A stretch of DNA of 64,000 nt from Geosiphon pyriformis uo1 (GCA_016748015.1 JAAOMT010000480.1:372001-436000), one strand, 5' to 3'. Positions 29,901 through 43,773 are shown, numbered from the stretch's first letter. Numbers and translations are program-made. Notes: a model not told the origin generated them from the sequence alone.

Positions 29901-32524
29901 ATACAAGCTCTTATTGACGATAATTTCTTGTGGCAGTTCTTATATTTAAGAGGAATATAAGGATGTTGTTTCCTTGGCTCAATCTTTGAGTAAGGTATAT
30001 TCCATTCAGGGGTTTTGGGTTCAGAGTGTAGGGTAAAATGTTCTTGTTCAATTTCATTGGCCCAATTGGACATTAACCCAAGAGCCATGAATGTTTCGAT
30101 TATTGGTTTTTCTTCTTCTGGTTCGAATTCAAAAGCCAGGGCTTTTTCGGAGCGTTTGTTGAATATACCACAAGTGGCAGGTACTCGGACATGTTGTCCT
30201 TGGTAAGAGATTTGTAGTTTTTGGGTTTCCCAATCTAATTTTGCATTGGTTTTTTAAAGCCAGTCATTTTTAACAAAAGCTTGATACTAAGGAGCGTCCA
30301 TTACAAGAACTTTGACTGGAATGGTGATTCCATCAAGAGTGAATAGAAAATTGTCAATTTCTCTTACTGGAGTCTTTTTCATGCCATCAGCAGTGACAAT
30401 TACTGTTTGAGCTGGTCAGTCAACATTTTTTTTTAACTGTTGCATCAACTGGTAAGTAATAATACTTCCAGTAGATCCATTGTCTAGGATTAAGCAAATT
30501 GTTTTTTCTTCAACTTCAGCTTCAGTATACATAGCTGTGATTGTTTTCTGTTCATTTGCAGCAGCATTGCTGAGTAGAAATGGTGATTCATTGGCTTTGA
30601 ACTCGAAAGGAAAGATATCAGACAGATTGGCATTTTCAGCAATTCTGGCTGGTGGAATAATGGTGTGGTTATAAAAAGAATTTTGTTGTTGTGCTGTAGC
30701 TCTACCTTTCGAGAGTGCAGTATGGTGAAAATTCTGTTCTTCTGACATTGTTAAATAATTGGGTTGAGTGTAATAGTGGTTGGGTCTTAGTTGAGTGGGA
30801 TTTTGGAAAACCAATTGGTTGTTTGAACTGATTCTATTGTTGTTTACTTGGTATCAGTTTTGTGGTGTAAATTGATTTTGGGTAATCAATCTTCAAGCAG
30901 GTACTTGATAATGTTGTGTGGGTGGTTGTTGGTATTGCTGTTGGATTGGCTGTGGGGTGGGCTGATAATAATTATTTTAGTATTGGGGTCTTGGTGGATA
31001 GTAAGCCGGTGGTAGTGGTGGTTGGTAATAAGATTGTTGTGGCGAAGGGTAATGTTGATTATTCCTGTTTTGTTGGTCTCATTGTAGCTTTCTGCAATCT
31101 CTTTTCCAGTGGCCAGGGATTCCACAGTAATGGCAATTCTAAGGCTAGTTATTAGAAAGTGGTGCAAAGTTATTTTGATTTTGTCTTTGGGGTGGTTGAT
31201 ATCTTTGGGGTTGCTGTTGTTGTTGTTGGTTGGTGAAATAGTTTTCAACTTTCTTGGTTAATTGGTCAATTTTTTCTTCAGCTGCTGAGCTGGTTTCTCC
31301 AATAGCCAGATTAACAAGTTTGGTACGGTTGGCTTTTTTCATGGCCATTTCATAGTTTTTTGCCTGTTGAATAGCAGTAGCTAAATCTTCTGGTGCATGT
31401 GGGCAAACTTTCTTAATAAGTTTGTCTTTTAGTCCAGCAATAAATTGATCCAAGATTTGTGCATTGGAGTAGTATTCATTGGTTTCTAATTGCCAAATTC
31501 TTCTAAGCAGTTTGTTGAATTTCCCAAGATAAGTCATAACTGATTTACTTGGTTCTTGCTTGATATTTCAGAACTGATTTTGAAGGGTGATAGAAGTGTT
31601 ATTGTCAGTGAACTGTTCTAGAAAAGCAGTTTTGAATGCTTCCCAGTGTTCTGGTGAGGCTTCCAAGTTTTCAAATCATTCACCAGCTGTTCCTTGTAAG
31701 AAGTATGGAATTGCTTTTAACATTCTGGCAGCATTCCAACCATTTGCATCTCCTGCTTTTGAGATTTTGTCAAGCCATTTTTGAGGACTGGTTTCACTGT
31801 CTTCTCCTGTGAACTTAGGGATTTTTGTGATATATGTGGAGGCTATTTCTTTTTCATTTTCTGAGTCTTCTGTTTTTTGTTCTGATTTGGTCTCTTCACT
31901 TCAATTTTTTGCTAAGTAGTCAATAAGGTTTGTGCTGGTTAATATTGGTTTTTTTTGTTGAATAGGGCTTTTGGGTAACTGAAAATCTTTTATTCTTGAA
32001 AACCGAATAAGTGGTGAGCTTGGTGTTTGTAGTTGAGCAAGTGAAGCTAGAAATGGTGTGATTAAGAGTGGTAATTTAAAGCTGGTTCCTTGTTCTGAAG
32101 TTTGTAAATATTTGGCAGTGGTTTTAGGTGTATTGGGAGTAGTTCTGAGTTTTTGTTTTCTTTTTCATTTTCTTTTTTCTGTTTCCGATTCAAAACTAAG
32201 AGAAAATTTCTGTTCTACTGGATAATTCTCTTTACAATACTGAATGATATTGAAATTGAGTTCTTGGAAATATGTTTCAAGTGTTTAATTGTTAAAATCC
32301 TAAGTGTTTAGATGAGAGTGATGTACTAAGCTTTCATATAAGTTGTGTCTAACTTCTGAAATGTTGTAGTCTCTAAAAAGATAATTGTTGATGTGATTTT
32401 CAATGTACTGGTAAAGTGTTTTCTTAAATGTTTCAATTCTGTCTGGAATGTTAAATCTCTGCTTGCAGTGGGTGTAGATTGACTGATAATACTCTAGAGT
32501 TCTTGAATCTGTTTAAGTTGCCAC
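26965..32524 (-). pseudogene. Gypsy-A Gag-protease-Cys-rich-dUTPase-RT-RNase H polyprotein
   Basis: GTG at 32524; CHYCGIPGHWKRDC; LILDNGS; dUTPase motifs; TAFTT...VVYLDD; RNase H ending DCLSKIRQN* (TAG 26965-26967). Gag to protease is one frame. Confidence 0.88.
28810..29220 (-). pseudogene. dUTPase domain in Gypsy-A pol
   Basis: DAGYNL, RSSLA, GGIIDAEYT, KIA(Q), FGS motifs 1-5. Confidence 0.88.
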
Positions 32525-32556
32525 TTTTGAAGTTGTTGTTACTGTGTTATTTTTGT

Positions 32557-32568
32557 GGGAGAGCACCA
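32557..32568 (-). other. Primer-binding site TGGTGCTCTCCC
   Basis: Starts with TGG, 2 nt after the 5' LTR end. Confidence 0.8.
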
Positions 32569-32570
32569 AA

Positions 32571-33549
32571 TGTTACCAGAGGTTTTTGGTCTTTTCTTAG
32601 CTCTTGTATGTTTATTGTAATGCTGTTAATTCATGACTATGGGAAGTGTTTAAACCTCTGATAACTGAATTTATCTTCAAATTATCTCCTATAATTTGAA
32701 CTGCTGGGCTTATAAGTAGAATGGCCAGTTCTGTGCCAGTTGTTTTGTGTAGTTACGTTGTAGTAAACGTCAACTCTTTCCCAGAAATTGCTCGTTTGGA
32801 AGCTCACTAAAAATGTGTAGTTACTTTGCTGTAAAAGTCAACTCTTCTACAGAAATCTTGTCTGTAGGCTACCCTAATGATTGTAATAAGAAAAGAAAAG
32901 AAAAATAAAAGAAATGTAAAAGATATAGGATTTTATCAAGGGAAATGTTTTCTATCCAGGCCTGGAGTCACTAACAGTTTACTGAAATTGGTAGCTAATC
33001 AATTTCAAAACGTTAGTTGGGTTTTGGGGATTTTTTGAGTGCAATAATTAAAGAATTTGGTTTTTCAAATTATTTGATATTTATTTCTTTTTGTGTATGT
33101 AGGAATAGTTCTAAGTGATAAATCTAAAGTAAGATACATTTTCTCAAAAAGAGAAGCTTTTCTTTTATATAACTTGTCATAACACTATTCTATGAACTTG
33201 AACTTTGCTTTTTTCTACAATTTTGCTGAACTAAAGATACATTTCGGCAAATTACAAGTTATTTCTGCAAACTATTAGATATTTCGGTGAATTATCAATT
33301 ATTTTGGCAAATTTCTACAAATTTCGGTGAACTTTTGAATATTACATATTTCAGGGTATTGCATGATTGATCATTGCACTTAGGTTATATTTGTGTTATG
33401 TACAAATTGAATTATTAATTAAATGATAATTTCGGACATTTTGCTAATGTAATAAGTAATAATTTGAAACAATAATATATGCTAATTAATGATAAGATTT
33501 ATAAGGGTAATTTTATACTAAACAATATCTCTAATTTTGTCTGGTAACA
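32571..33549 (-). repeat. Gypsy-A 5' LTR
   Basis: Direct repeat of 23752-24729; followed on the minus strand by the PBS. Confidence 0.95.
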
Positions 33550-35774
33550 CCATACAAGCTCTTCTACTGTTTAATTTTGTATAATAGAAGGTCATAAAAA
33601 TTTTTTCAAAGCAGAGAAAAGAAAACCTTACTCTGGTTCAAACTATCATGTACTTGATACTTATTTGTCAAGCCATAATTAATTATGATCCAATTGATTC
33701 TATTATTGTAAATGCTTCCAAAAAACCAGATAAACTGTTCATATATTTTGATTCAAATTAAACTGTTTCTCAAATAATACTATCTCAAAGAGTTATAAGT
33801 CTTCTACATGTTTGTAAGACCAACCAAAGTTTACAGTCTTTTTCCAAAGCATTTTTAACTACAGAGTTAATGGCAAAGATAAAAAATTGAGTAGTAGTTC
33901 TTTTTAGCACAGAAAAATTGTCATCACAAAAAACATCAAAATTACTACAGACCAAAGAAATTTTATCAGAAAGTAACTTAGAAAGAATTTTACAAGTAGT
34001 CTCAATTAGTGCAATTGGTTTAGTATTAATTAAAACTCCCTTCCACTTATATGGTTTAATAATCATTAACATTCAAGCTTCTCTCTATGGTTGAGACATA
34101 AATTTACATTTCAAATAAAAATTTAAAAGATTCAAAAGCATAATAAGTACTGAATTATTATAATGTTTCCAAAGCTCATTTGTGATATTAGACAAATCTG
34201 CAGTTTTTTTATCAAGCAGGTTCTTGACCATATGCACTAAACCATTATAACTGATAGCAAACATAACACCAAAAAAAGCATTATCATCAACATAAGCCAA
34301 TGGCAGGTATTAACACTGTCACAAATTAGGAATACTGTCTAACATAACTCTTTTTTTTGTTTAACTCTTCATAATTAAATCAATCTTACTTTTGACATCA
34401 ACTGAATCCAGAATCAATTCATCTTCAGAAACCAAATAATCTAATACTACCTTATAAAAAAAATGCTTCAATATACCTAGATAATATGGCTTTTATTATT
34501 TGTAAAACTTTTCATCCATTTATTAATAGCAGATCTAATGCTTAGCTCCTTAGCTCTTAATAACTCAGCAAGTTTGGATGCATAATATGACTTCTTTATG
34601 TTAAACAGAGCAAAATACACATAAACAAAATTAGCACCAGAACTCATAAGATTCTGAATGATCAACATCTTGTTACTGTTCAAAAAAATCTAAAGAAATC
34701 CAAAAGTTCATCAGAAAAACAAACCTATCAACACAATTTTTATAAAAAACCTTTACAATCCTTGAAACCAAAATTTTCAATTTATGAAACTTAAAAGATT
34801 CCTTAGTGAAAACACTATCAAAGTTTCTAAATTATTTTTTCTTGAATGTTCTATTAGCTAAAAAAATCACAATCTTGCAAATAGTATTCTATATTGCATC
34901 CAGATTTGAAAACTTCTTAAAAGTAGCAAATTTATTAGAGAACATTATAGTATTGGCTGCCATAGCATCCTTAAAAAAGTTTTATTTTACTTTATTAATA
35001 TCTTTAATATTAAACTTCTAATAATTTTTATTAGTTATTTGTGCACAAAGTTTAACTGTACATCTAACAAGCCTCTCAAGCCCACAGAAACAGAAACAGC
35101 TTGGTAATTAATATTAAAATATTTTCCAACATCTATTATGTTATGATCTACCATCACATTAACCAAGTTCAAAAAAATAAAGGCATAATCAATTATTTTT
35201 GTGATACTTCTCAAATTCTTCTATGTTAATGTGTTTGCAGCTGCACTTTCAACCAGCAAATTAACCAATCCCAAACTGAGACACTTTTTAAAACTGGCAC
35301 TTTTGCAAAATTCGTTTTTATTGAAATTTTTACTCAAAATTAAAAAAGAAGACTTATTAACAGTCTTTGCAATCAAAAAGTTAATATCATCTACCTAAGA
35401 AAACTGAGCCAACAACAAAACACCAGTATACAACCCCAAAATCAAGACAAAAAATTTATTCTTGAAATGCAACTTGACAGGCAACAGCCAGCCAGGAATC
35501 TCTAAAATCTTACATATATGTCTTGCTAAGACAATGTCTATAATGATCATAACACCAAAACCCAAATAACTGGAATCCATACCAGAAGTAAATACTTGAA
35601 CACTATCAAATTTGTTTTTAATTCATGGATGAATCTTCTTTTTAACTTGGTCTTGATAACAACAGAAATTAAATTATTCATATCTTTGTGACAACAAATA
35701 ATATCTTTCTGCTTGGCAAAATTGTTCATCTCTCTAATATTGCATATAATAATCTTTTATACTAAGTTATTTAT
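33550..35774 (-). pseudogene. LINE-b ORF2, 5' part (APE + first half of RT)
   Basis: '(M)NNLV(W)KI', 'KQKDIICCHKDMNN', 'KPIALIETTCKILSK' are homologous to LINE-a. Confidence 0.85.
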
Positions 35775-37633
35775 TAAAAAAGATATTGAAAAAACACACC
35801 ACCAGCCAAAACCAAACTATTAAAATAAGCTAATAAACTTAATACTGAAGCAGAAAGACTTTTCAACATATTTTTCAATTTAACTACAGCAAAGGAAACA
35901 AATGGATTCAAACTTACAGCAGTTTTATTATTAGTGGTCTCACTTAAGCCCTCTTATATTACTATATAGCCCACTTGATTCTGTAACAGGAAGATTACTA
36001 GTAGCTAACATCTAAAACTAGACTGGAAAACTATTAACATAAGTAATTTCAATCTCTTAGCCAACTTACTAATTTGTTTTATAAGACTGGCAAAACTGCT
36101 TTCAATATTGACCAAACATATTTTTAATTCATTTACCAAAAAAAAAGGTTTATTATTATTAATAGAGCCAGTACTAAAAAAAACCAAAAACACTACACAA
36201 AAAACCAGAATACTAGCAACTTGGGCTCAAGTTTTACCATCAAAAAACACTGGATGGGCAATTGGTATTTACTTTCTCTTATATATGTTGACTAAACAAG
36301 CCTGGTTTTAAAAAGTTATCACATGCTTACTATAAGCACCAATATTTTTACCCACAAAATACACACTAGAAACATGACTAAATTGTTTACACAAAACACA
36401 ACATGCTAAAAAAAGACCAGTTCAATACAAATTCACACTTCTAAAAACCAGAATAGAACTAATAACAATTATTTTAAATGTTTTATCAGAAAAACAAACT
36501 ATAATACATCTATCATGTACATATAAACTCGAATTATAACCAATAAAACAAGTTTTCTTATCATATAAACTCAATAAATCAAACAAATCATAAATTGTAA
36601 TGCCAATTGGCAGAGTATACAACAAAGTCTGATGTTAATCTCTTAATACTTATGATTATTTATTATTAACAGCCAAAGCCACATACACTAAATTCTTTCT
36701 TATAAATACTAACCACTTAGAAACAACTAAATTGGCTATATTTGCTAATTTAAACTCAATAAAAATCTTTTGCCAAAGACTAATTAGCTGTAATTTGACT
36801 GAAACAATTTTACCAAATTTAGAAAAAACTGACTTTACTGCTGATTTAAGAAGATTTACAGAAATTTTTTTAATAACTATTTTCTAATCTGTATGACTAT
36901 TTGTCTTTTTTATATTATTATTAACCAAAATTTTTTTCTAATTGCTATTTCTCTAGTCTTATTCAAACTCAACTTTGATGTAAAAAAAAATCCAATAATT
37001 TCTGAAAATTTTAAGAGAGTAAAAACTCTTCTAAAACCATCTACATAATAGAAAATTTTTTTTATACACAACAATTTATTACTGAAAGTTTTACCAAACA
37101 CCACAGAAAAATTGATATCTAATGTGATCCAAGCACCAGAATTTGCTTGGAACTATCAAACTTAAGTAATAAAAGCATTAGCATATTATTATCATCACTC
37201 AAATTAGCAAACAAAGAAGCTTTTGGCAGCTGGCTCAACAGTATGTTTGAGTGCATGTTTTCTATGGTATAATATTGTTTATGGTCTTGTCAACTACCAA
37301 ATTATTTGAATTAACATAGCTTATTTCTTTAGTAACCATGTTTTTTATGTTCTTAATATCCAACAGACTGCTAATACTACTAATCTTGCTGTTAATATTA
37401 CTATCCCAAGACATTACAGGTTTCTTATCAGTACCAACTACACTCTTAAAACTCAAAAAACCAGCAAATAAATTGATTATACTGATATTTATGACAGATT
37501 TCTTTGGCTTTTTATAAGACATACTATGAGAATATACACTCTTTACACAATTTTTTTTTGCATTTAGCCAGATTCCCAATCCAGCTAAAACCAAATCAAA
37601 ACCACCAGCAGACAATTCTACCAGTTTTATCAT
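35771..37633 (-). pseudogene. LINE-b ORF1 remnants
   Basis: 'LYTLPIGITIYDLFDLL...KTCFI' is homologous to LINE-a 'LFTLPVGTTVHNL...KTCVI'; the N-terminus is divergent. Confidence 0.75.
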
Positions 37634-37789
37634 GACAAAAAAGAATATATTAGAAGAAATAACTTAAGGAAACAAAGGGAAGAGAAAAAAAAAAAGCAAT
37701 TTCTCTAAAAAATTTTTTTATTCTCATTATAGTTAGGGAATTAATAAGAAAAAGAATTTATTTAATTTATAAAAATTTTATACATATTA

Positions 37790-39748
37790 TTGAATACCAA
37801 AAAATTAATATAAAACTTTATTATTTACTTTGCTTATAAATATTATTTTAAAATTTTTTTAAATAAAACTAATAAAAAACATATATTATTAATTTTATAT
37901 TAACTATAAAGTAAAATATTATTATAAAAATGTTTTTTTGGTATATTAATTATTATTACTTTCAGTTTAATTCTAATTAGTCTTTTGTAAATTTTTTAAT
38001 TTTGGTTATATTATTATTATTATTATTATAAAATTTTTTATTAATATTGTAATGTAAACTTTTTTTAAATTTTAATTATTATTGTATATTTTATGTGTTT
38101 TTTTTAAAAACTAATTTAAAATTTATATATTATTATTAAGATTTTTTTAAAACTATTTTTACAATTACTTGAAGTATTTTTTTAAAAATTTAGTTAATAA
38201 ATAATAGTTTTATTTAATAGATAAATACAAATAATTTTTTTTAATAAATTTATAATAATAATTTAGTTTTTAATATTATTTTTTAATTGTAATAATATAT
38301 AATAATTTGTTATAAAATTAAATTAAGCTTTTTATACTATTTTAATTTTTTAATAATATTAATTTTTTATAAACTAAATTAGATTTAATTTGTTGTAAAA
38401 ATTGTAAATAATTGGTTATTTTAAATTAAAATATAATTTTTTTAAAAGTTTTTTAAGAAGTTTTATAAATATTTACTTTTAAAATTAATTATTTGTATTT
38501 AATTACTTTATATGTTAAAAAAATATTTTTATTAAGTGTTTAATTATTTTTAAAGATAAATTTTGAACTTAAATTATGTTTTTAATAGTATTTTAAATAA
38601 AAATAAACAATTAAACTTTATTTAAATTGCAAATTTTTTTTTATTTGTTTTTTTTGATGGTTTTAAAATTAAATATAATAAAATATAACTTAAAACTTTT
38701 TTTTAATTAAGTTAATTTAATATTTTTAAAATTAAATATATATTTTTTTTTACAGTTTTTTCTTATTTTTCTACTTTTTTTTAGTTTTAATTTTTGGTTT
38801 TAATATAATTTTAAATACCTTTTTTAAAAAAATTGTTAATATACTGCTTGTAAACTTTGCTATTTTTTCTTTGATTGTTTTTAAATTGGGTTTTTTTGAA
38901 GTTAAATTGTCTAAACTTTTAGTTTTTTAACAATATAATATTAAAACTTGGTAAATTGTTTTCTAAAAACAAACTATATGTATTTACTTCTTAATAACTA
39001 ATTTAATTTAAAATATTGCTATGTATAATATAAAAAAAATAATCTTATTAAACAAAAATATATTATAAAATAGCACAAAAATATAAACAATCTGGTTTTT
39101 ATTGTTATTAAAATAAAATTAAAAAATAAAATTAGATTTTAAATCAAAAACAAATTTATTGATAAAAAAGTTTTTACTTTTAGAATTTTAATTATTTAAA
39201 TTTTAATATCATAATTATTATAAATAATAATTTAATTTATTATATTTATAAAATATTTTACAATTAAATTTCTATTTAAAAACAAACTTTTTGTTTTAAT
39301 TTTGAAGTTTTATATTAATATTTTATTAATAATATATTTGATTTAAGCTAAAAAAATTAATTTATAAATTAATTTTTTTTTGTAATTTTAAATAATAATT
39401 TTAATAAAAATTGTTTTAAAAAGTGTACTAATTTCAAAAAAAACTTGAATTTTGGTTTGATTAAATTTTTAATTAGTTTTATGATTAAAATAATTATCTA
39501 ATTTAATTTATAAAAGATTAAATTATATTTTTATTTTGTTTTTACTTATTAATATTAATTACAAATTGTTTTAATTTTGGTTGGTTTAAGTGGTTTTTTA
39601 AATAAATAAATAAATATTTTATAAAAACAAATAAATAAAAATACAATTTTAAGAATATTAATAATACCAAATAAAATTTTAATTATTTATTAAATGTTTA
39701 ATAAGTGAAGCCTAACTGCTATCTAATACATAAAACCAAATTAAGTGG
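37790..39748. other. ~2-kb extremely AT-rich tract, probably terminally eroded repeat DNA
   Basis: Nearly devoid of G/C; no ORFs; lies between TEs. Confidence 0.65.
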
Positions 39749-40608
39749 TATTACTTATAGAAAAAAACATACAAAAAAATAATAGAAAAAACAGATAAAC
39801 CAATAAGAAAATAGTAGCTAATACATAAGCATATTGCTTAGCAATGTAGAGTATTGTCAAAAATTATAGCACATTGCTCAACAATATGAAACAATATTAA
39901 AAAATTATGATACATTGCTCAGCAATGTGAGTATTGCTTAAGAAATTATAATACATTGTTCGAGAATGTGAGTGATTTCATAAAACTCAAATTATGTATA
40001 TATAGCAAGAGTATTAAAAGCAAAAAAAACAAAATTAATACCAAGATCTCCTGGTTAAAACATCTTAGTTAAAATCATCAATATTAATAAATAATTATTT
40101 ACTATCTAAATTACTCTTCTTATTATCAACACTTTATGTTGATAGTATTTAATACTTGATCACACTAAAACAATAGCTCTTGATTATGACTATTGACAGA
40201 ATACTAATTTTTTTTTGTCTTGGCTTATTTCTTTATTTTTTATTTTTTATTTTATTTTATTTTCTTTTGTTTTGTTATTATCTACTAATTGATTAAAAAT
40301 TAAACACATGGAGTTATCAATATTAAAGTGACTAATAAAAGACTCAGAAATAAGGGTAGAACACTCAAAAATTGAGAATAGCTTACCAAAAAAATTACTG
40401 GCCATTACACTAAGAAAGAAATTTAACAAAATTGCAATTCCAAAAAGTGACAAATAAAACAACATTTGAATTTCTGTCTATTATACAAAAAACTCAACCA
40501 AAGTCTTCAGATTACAAAACCTTCAGATAATACCAATCATATCAGCTATTAAGCACCAAGTTACAGATTTGTTATTTGATTAGAGACTCCAAATAATTAC
40601 TTGTAACA
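39749..40608 (+). repeat. Gypsy-B1 5' LTR
   Basis: T(G>A)TTACTTATAG...TGTAACA; inverted homologue at 44119-44947. Confidence 0.85.
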
Positions 40609-43600
40609 TTTGGTGCTTTCTGTAAGGTATAATCCAACAAAAAACCAGCACCAACAGCAACTATTTGAAACAGTGACAGAATTAGAAGAAATAAAGACAA
40701 ACTACTTGGAATTTGCAAAATCTTTATTCCAGTATTACAAAGAGCATCTTGGATTGACAAATAATAATTGGCCAGCAGAATTAGCTTTTAATTGTTATGT
40801 TAATAAAAGAATTGTGTATTATTTGGAAAATCAAGGAGATTTAGAATCTGCCTTCAACAATTTCTTTAGTAAACTACTCCAAAACATCACACTGCTACAG
40901 AATTATTTATTTGCACCACTAATTACAAAAATAAACAGAGAAATTGAAAAATACACTAAACAAAAATTCTCCGTTACTTTTGCTAACAAAAAAAAAGGAA
41001 GATTGCAAACACCAGCAGAAATCCCAAAGCAAATACAATTATCTACTTAGAAGAAACAAAGAGTTAATTTATCTGCTAATCCATTATATTATTACATACT
41101 TGAAAGCATTATTAATATAACATCAATAGACATATTCACAGCAAATGTAACAACACCACTAAACAGAAGAAAACAGAGTTATTAGGAACATATGACAATT
41201 ATTTTGAGAGATTTAAATCATGATCCTCAATGCCATCAGAAGTTTGATTACCACCAGCACAACCAAATTTTGAAGCCACTAATTTTTGGAAAATAACCAA
41301 CTCTGAGGAAGAGGAAGATAGCAATCAGAAAATTAATAATTAAAATCCAATTTCAAAAAACCCAGAAATACAAACCATAATTGTTCTAACTTTGTGAAAT
41401 TAGAACAATCTAAACACTGCTTCTATTATTCCCCAAAACTTAACTTCAGTAATCATAATCAATCTACCACCAGTTCCACCAATCACTGAACAGCAACAAC
41501 AACAACCACCACTACCAGCTTAGCAACAACCTTAACAACAACCACAACCATAACAATAACTATTACTATTAGTACTAATGACTTATAATTCAATTGCCAA
41601 ACTTGAAAAATTTACTGGCAAAGAAGATGATATCCAAGTATGGCTCAATGATGTGAAAAAAGTCATTGCAGCCAATAAATAGAATGATACTAAAGCATTG
41701 CAAGCCATTTCATATTTTTTTTAAGATATTATTGACTTGTGATATCAAAGCTTGGCCAATAAACCCCAAGATTTTAACATGTTTAAACTGGAATTTTTAA
41801 GATACTTTAGTAACAATAACAGCATTAACCACTTAGCCAATACTTTTATTATTATTAAACAAGAAGATATTAAAGCCATCACCACCTATCTGAGATGCTT
41901 TCACCAAACTTTGTGCCAAAACCAAGCAATTAACACAGCCTACTTCACAGAACTGCAGATTCTGAACCAGTTTATTCGTGGTCTACACAGTAGCATTCTA
42001 CAATGCATATGTCCATTACATCCAAGCAATCTTTAAGTCACTATTACTCATGCCAAAGACTTTAAATCAACTGAATTCGAAGCCAACCATGTCCAAGCTA
42101 TAAATCTAGTGATGAATAAATCATCTGAATTGGATTTCAAATTAAAACAGTTTAATAATTTAATCAACCAGAAATTAGAAGGATACTTAGTTAACAATTA
42201 GGCCATTTATCAACCTTGACAATAATGCAATAATCAAAGAAACTCAAATTGTTTCCAAAATCAGTTGTGTTTTTTATTGTCAACCAATTAATCATGACAG
42301 CCAGAAATGCATATCTGCCACAATTGTGGTAAACAAGATTATATCAAAATTAACTGCCATTATAATGATAACTCATAATCAAAAAATCAATATTGAAATC
42401 CTGATTGCCAGTTTTAAACTCTGAACTATTCTCCAAATCAAGATCAATATCAATTCTATTACTTATAAATAACACAACAACCAATATACTTACCTTTAGT
42501 ATATTAAACTCCAGCACTTGTAATATATTAACCATAGTCACAAATCATCTATTAATCTCAACAACTTCAAATGCCACCACTAATTCCAGCTCAGATGACA
42601 CCTGGAAACCAATAGCCAAAAATAACCCAAAACTGGAGATCAGCAATGGTTGTTTATTAGCTGATTTCAAGCTCCTCAAACCAACTATCAGAATCACACC
42701 AGCATAATTCAAGAACTGGATACACCCAAAATCTGAATTCTCAGAACTATTTAAGTCTCCTAATTAACTCAAAAGATGTCTTATCCAACAAACCAAAGTT
42801 CAACTAAAAGCAGTCACTTACTAACAACATTTTATTAGCAACTGTTACTAACAATAACTTATTAGCCACTATTTTTTTCTTTAAATTCAAAGAACTGACA
42901 GTAAAACTCTTATTTAGTAGAACTGCCCTAAATACAAAGCCTATCACAACAATGTATATAGATGTCAAAGTTGATGGCCATCTTATCAAACTAATTTTAA
43001 ACAATAACTCGGCAAGCAACATTATTACACATCAATTTATAGACCAATTAGGCTACTAAGTTGATTATGCTGTCAACACCAGAATAATAACTGCTGATAA
43101 AGCAACAAAAACCCCAATTGGCAAGATTGATAACTTCCTATTTGAAATCAACAATATTACCACTGCAATCAAAATATTAGTAATAGAAGCCACCCAATAC
43201 CAAGCTCTCATTGGTAATGACTGGCTGTCCAAAACCAATGCCATGTTCAATTAAAACACTCAAAAACTTCAATTAACATTCAATAATCAATATATTTAAG
43301 TACCAGCAATTTGTGGTCATTTCAAGACTACCATCATACCAGTATCATTAATAGAATTCGAGAAAAAAGAGAAAAAACCTATTTGGAAAGCCTACCAAGT
43401 CTTGTGGGCTAACACTGACCACAATAAATTATCATTAATACTTTTTTGGAATGATAAAAAAAAAGAAAAAGAAGAAGACAAATTACAAAAAGATATTACC
43501 ACCAGTAAAATTACTAGTGATTGAGAAAAATCATATTTGACTAACACCAAACCAGAGCCACCATATATTTTATTTAAGTGCAAGGACTGTAAGAAAAAGC

Positions 43601-43773
43601 TGTCTTCTATGGAAGTCTGGATTGTATCTGACAAAAATTACTGGACATATATACACTATTACTACAAGCCATGCCATTATAAATGCTATGACTACTCAAA
43701 AAAACAAAGAAAATATGACAACAAATTATGTTTCACTTATGAGAAAACTCTACTTGATAAAAAAATGTGAAAT

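Larger units (their letters stand above)
23752..33549 (-). mobile_element. Gypsy-A: full-length Ty3/gypsy-like LTR retrotransposon (degenerate) with dUTPase, separate integrase ORF and ORF3; 4-bp TSD TCAT/CCAT
   Basis: Two ~978-bp direct repeats with TGTTACCAGA...TCTGGTAACA ends; PBS; PPT; Gag CCHC; protease; RT YLDD; RNase H; integrase. Removing the element plus one TSD restores the LINE-b frame (KSLYGYYIDT). Confidence 0.95.
21154..37790 (-). mobile_element. LINE-b: older degenerate LINE of the same group, tail-to-tail with LINE-a, split by LTR element Gypsy-A; 5' end approximate
   Basis: 3' UTR homologous to LINE-a at 21155-21285; ORF2 remnants collinear on both sides of 23752-33549; ORF1 remnants 35771-37633. 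Confidence 0.88.
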
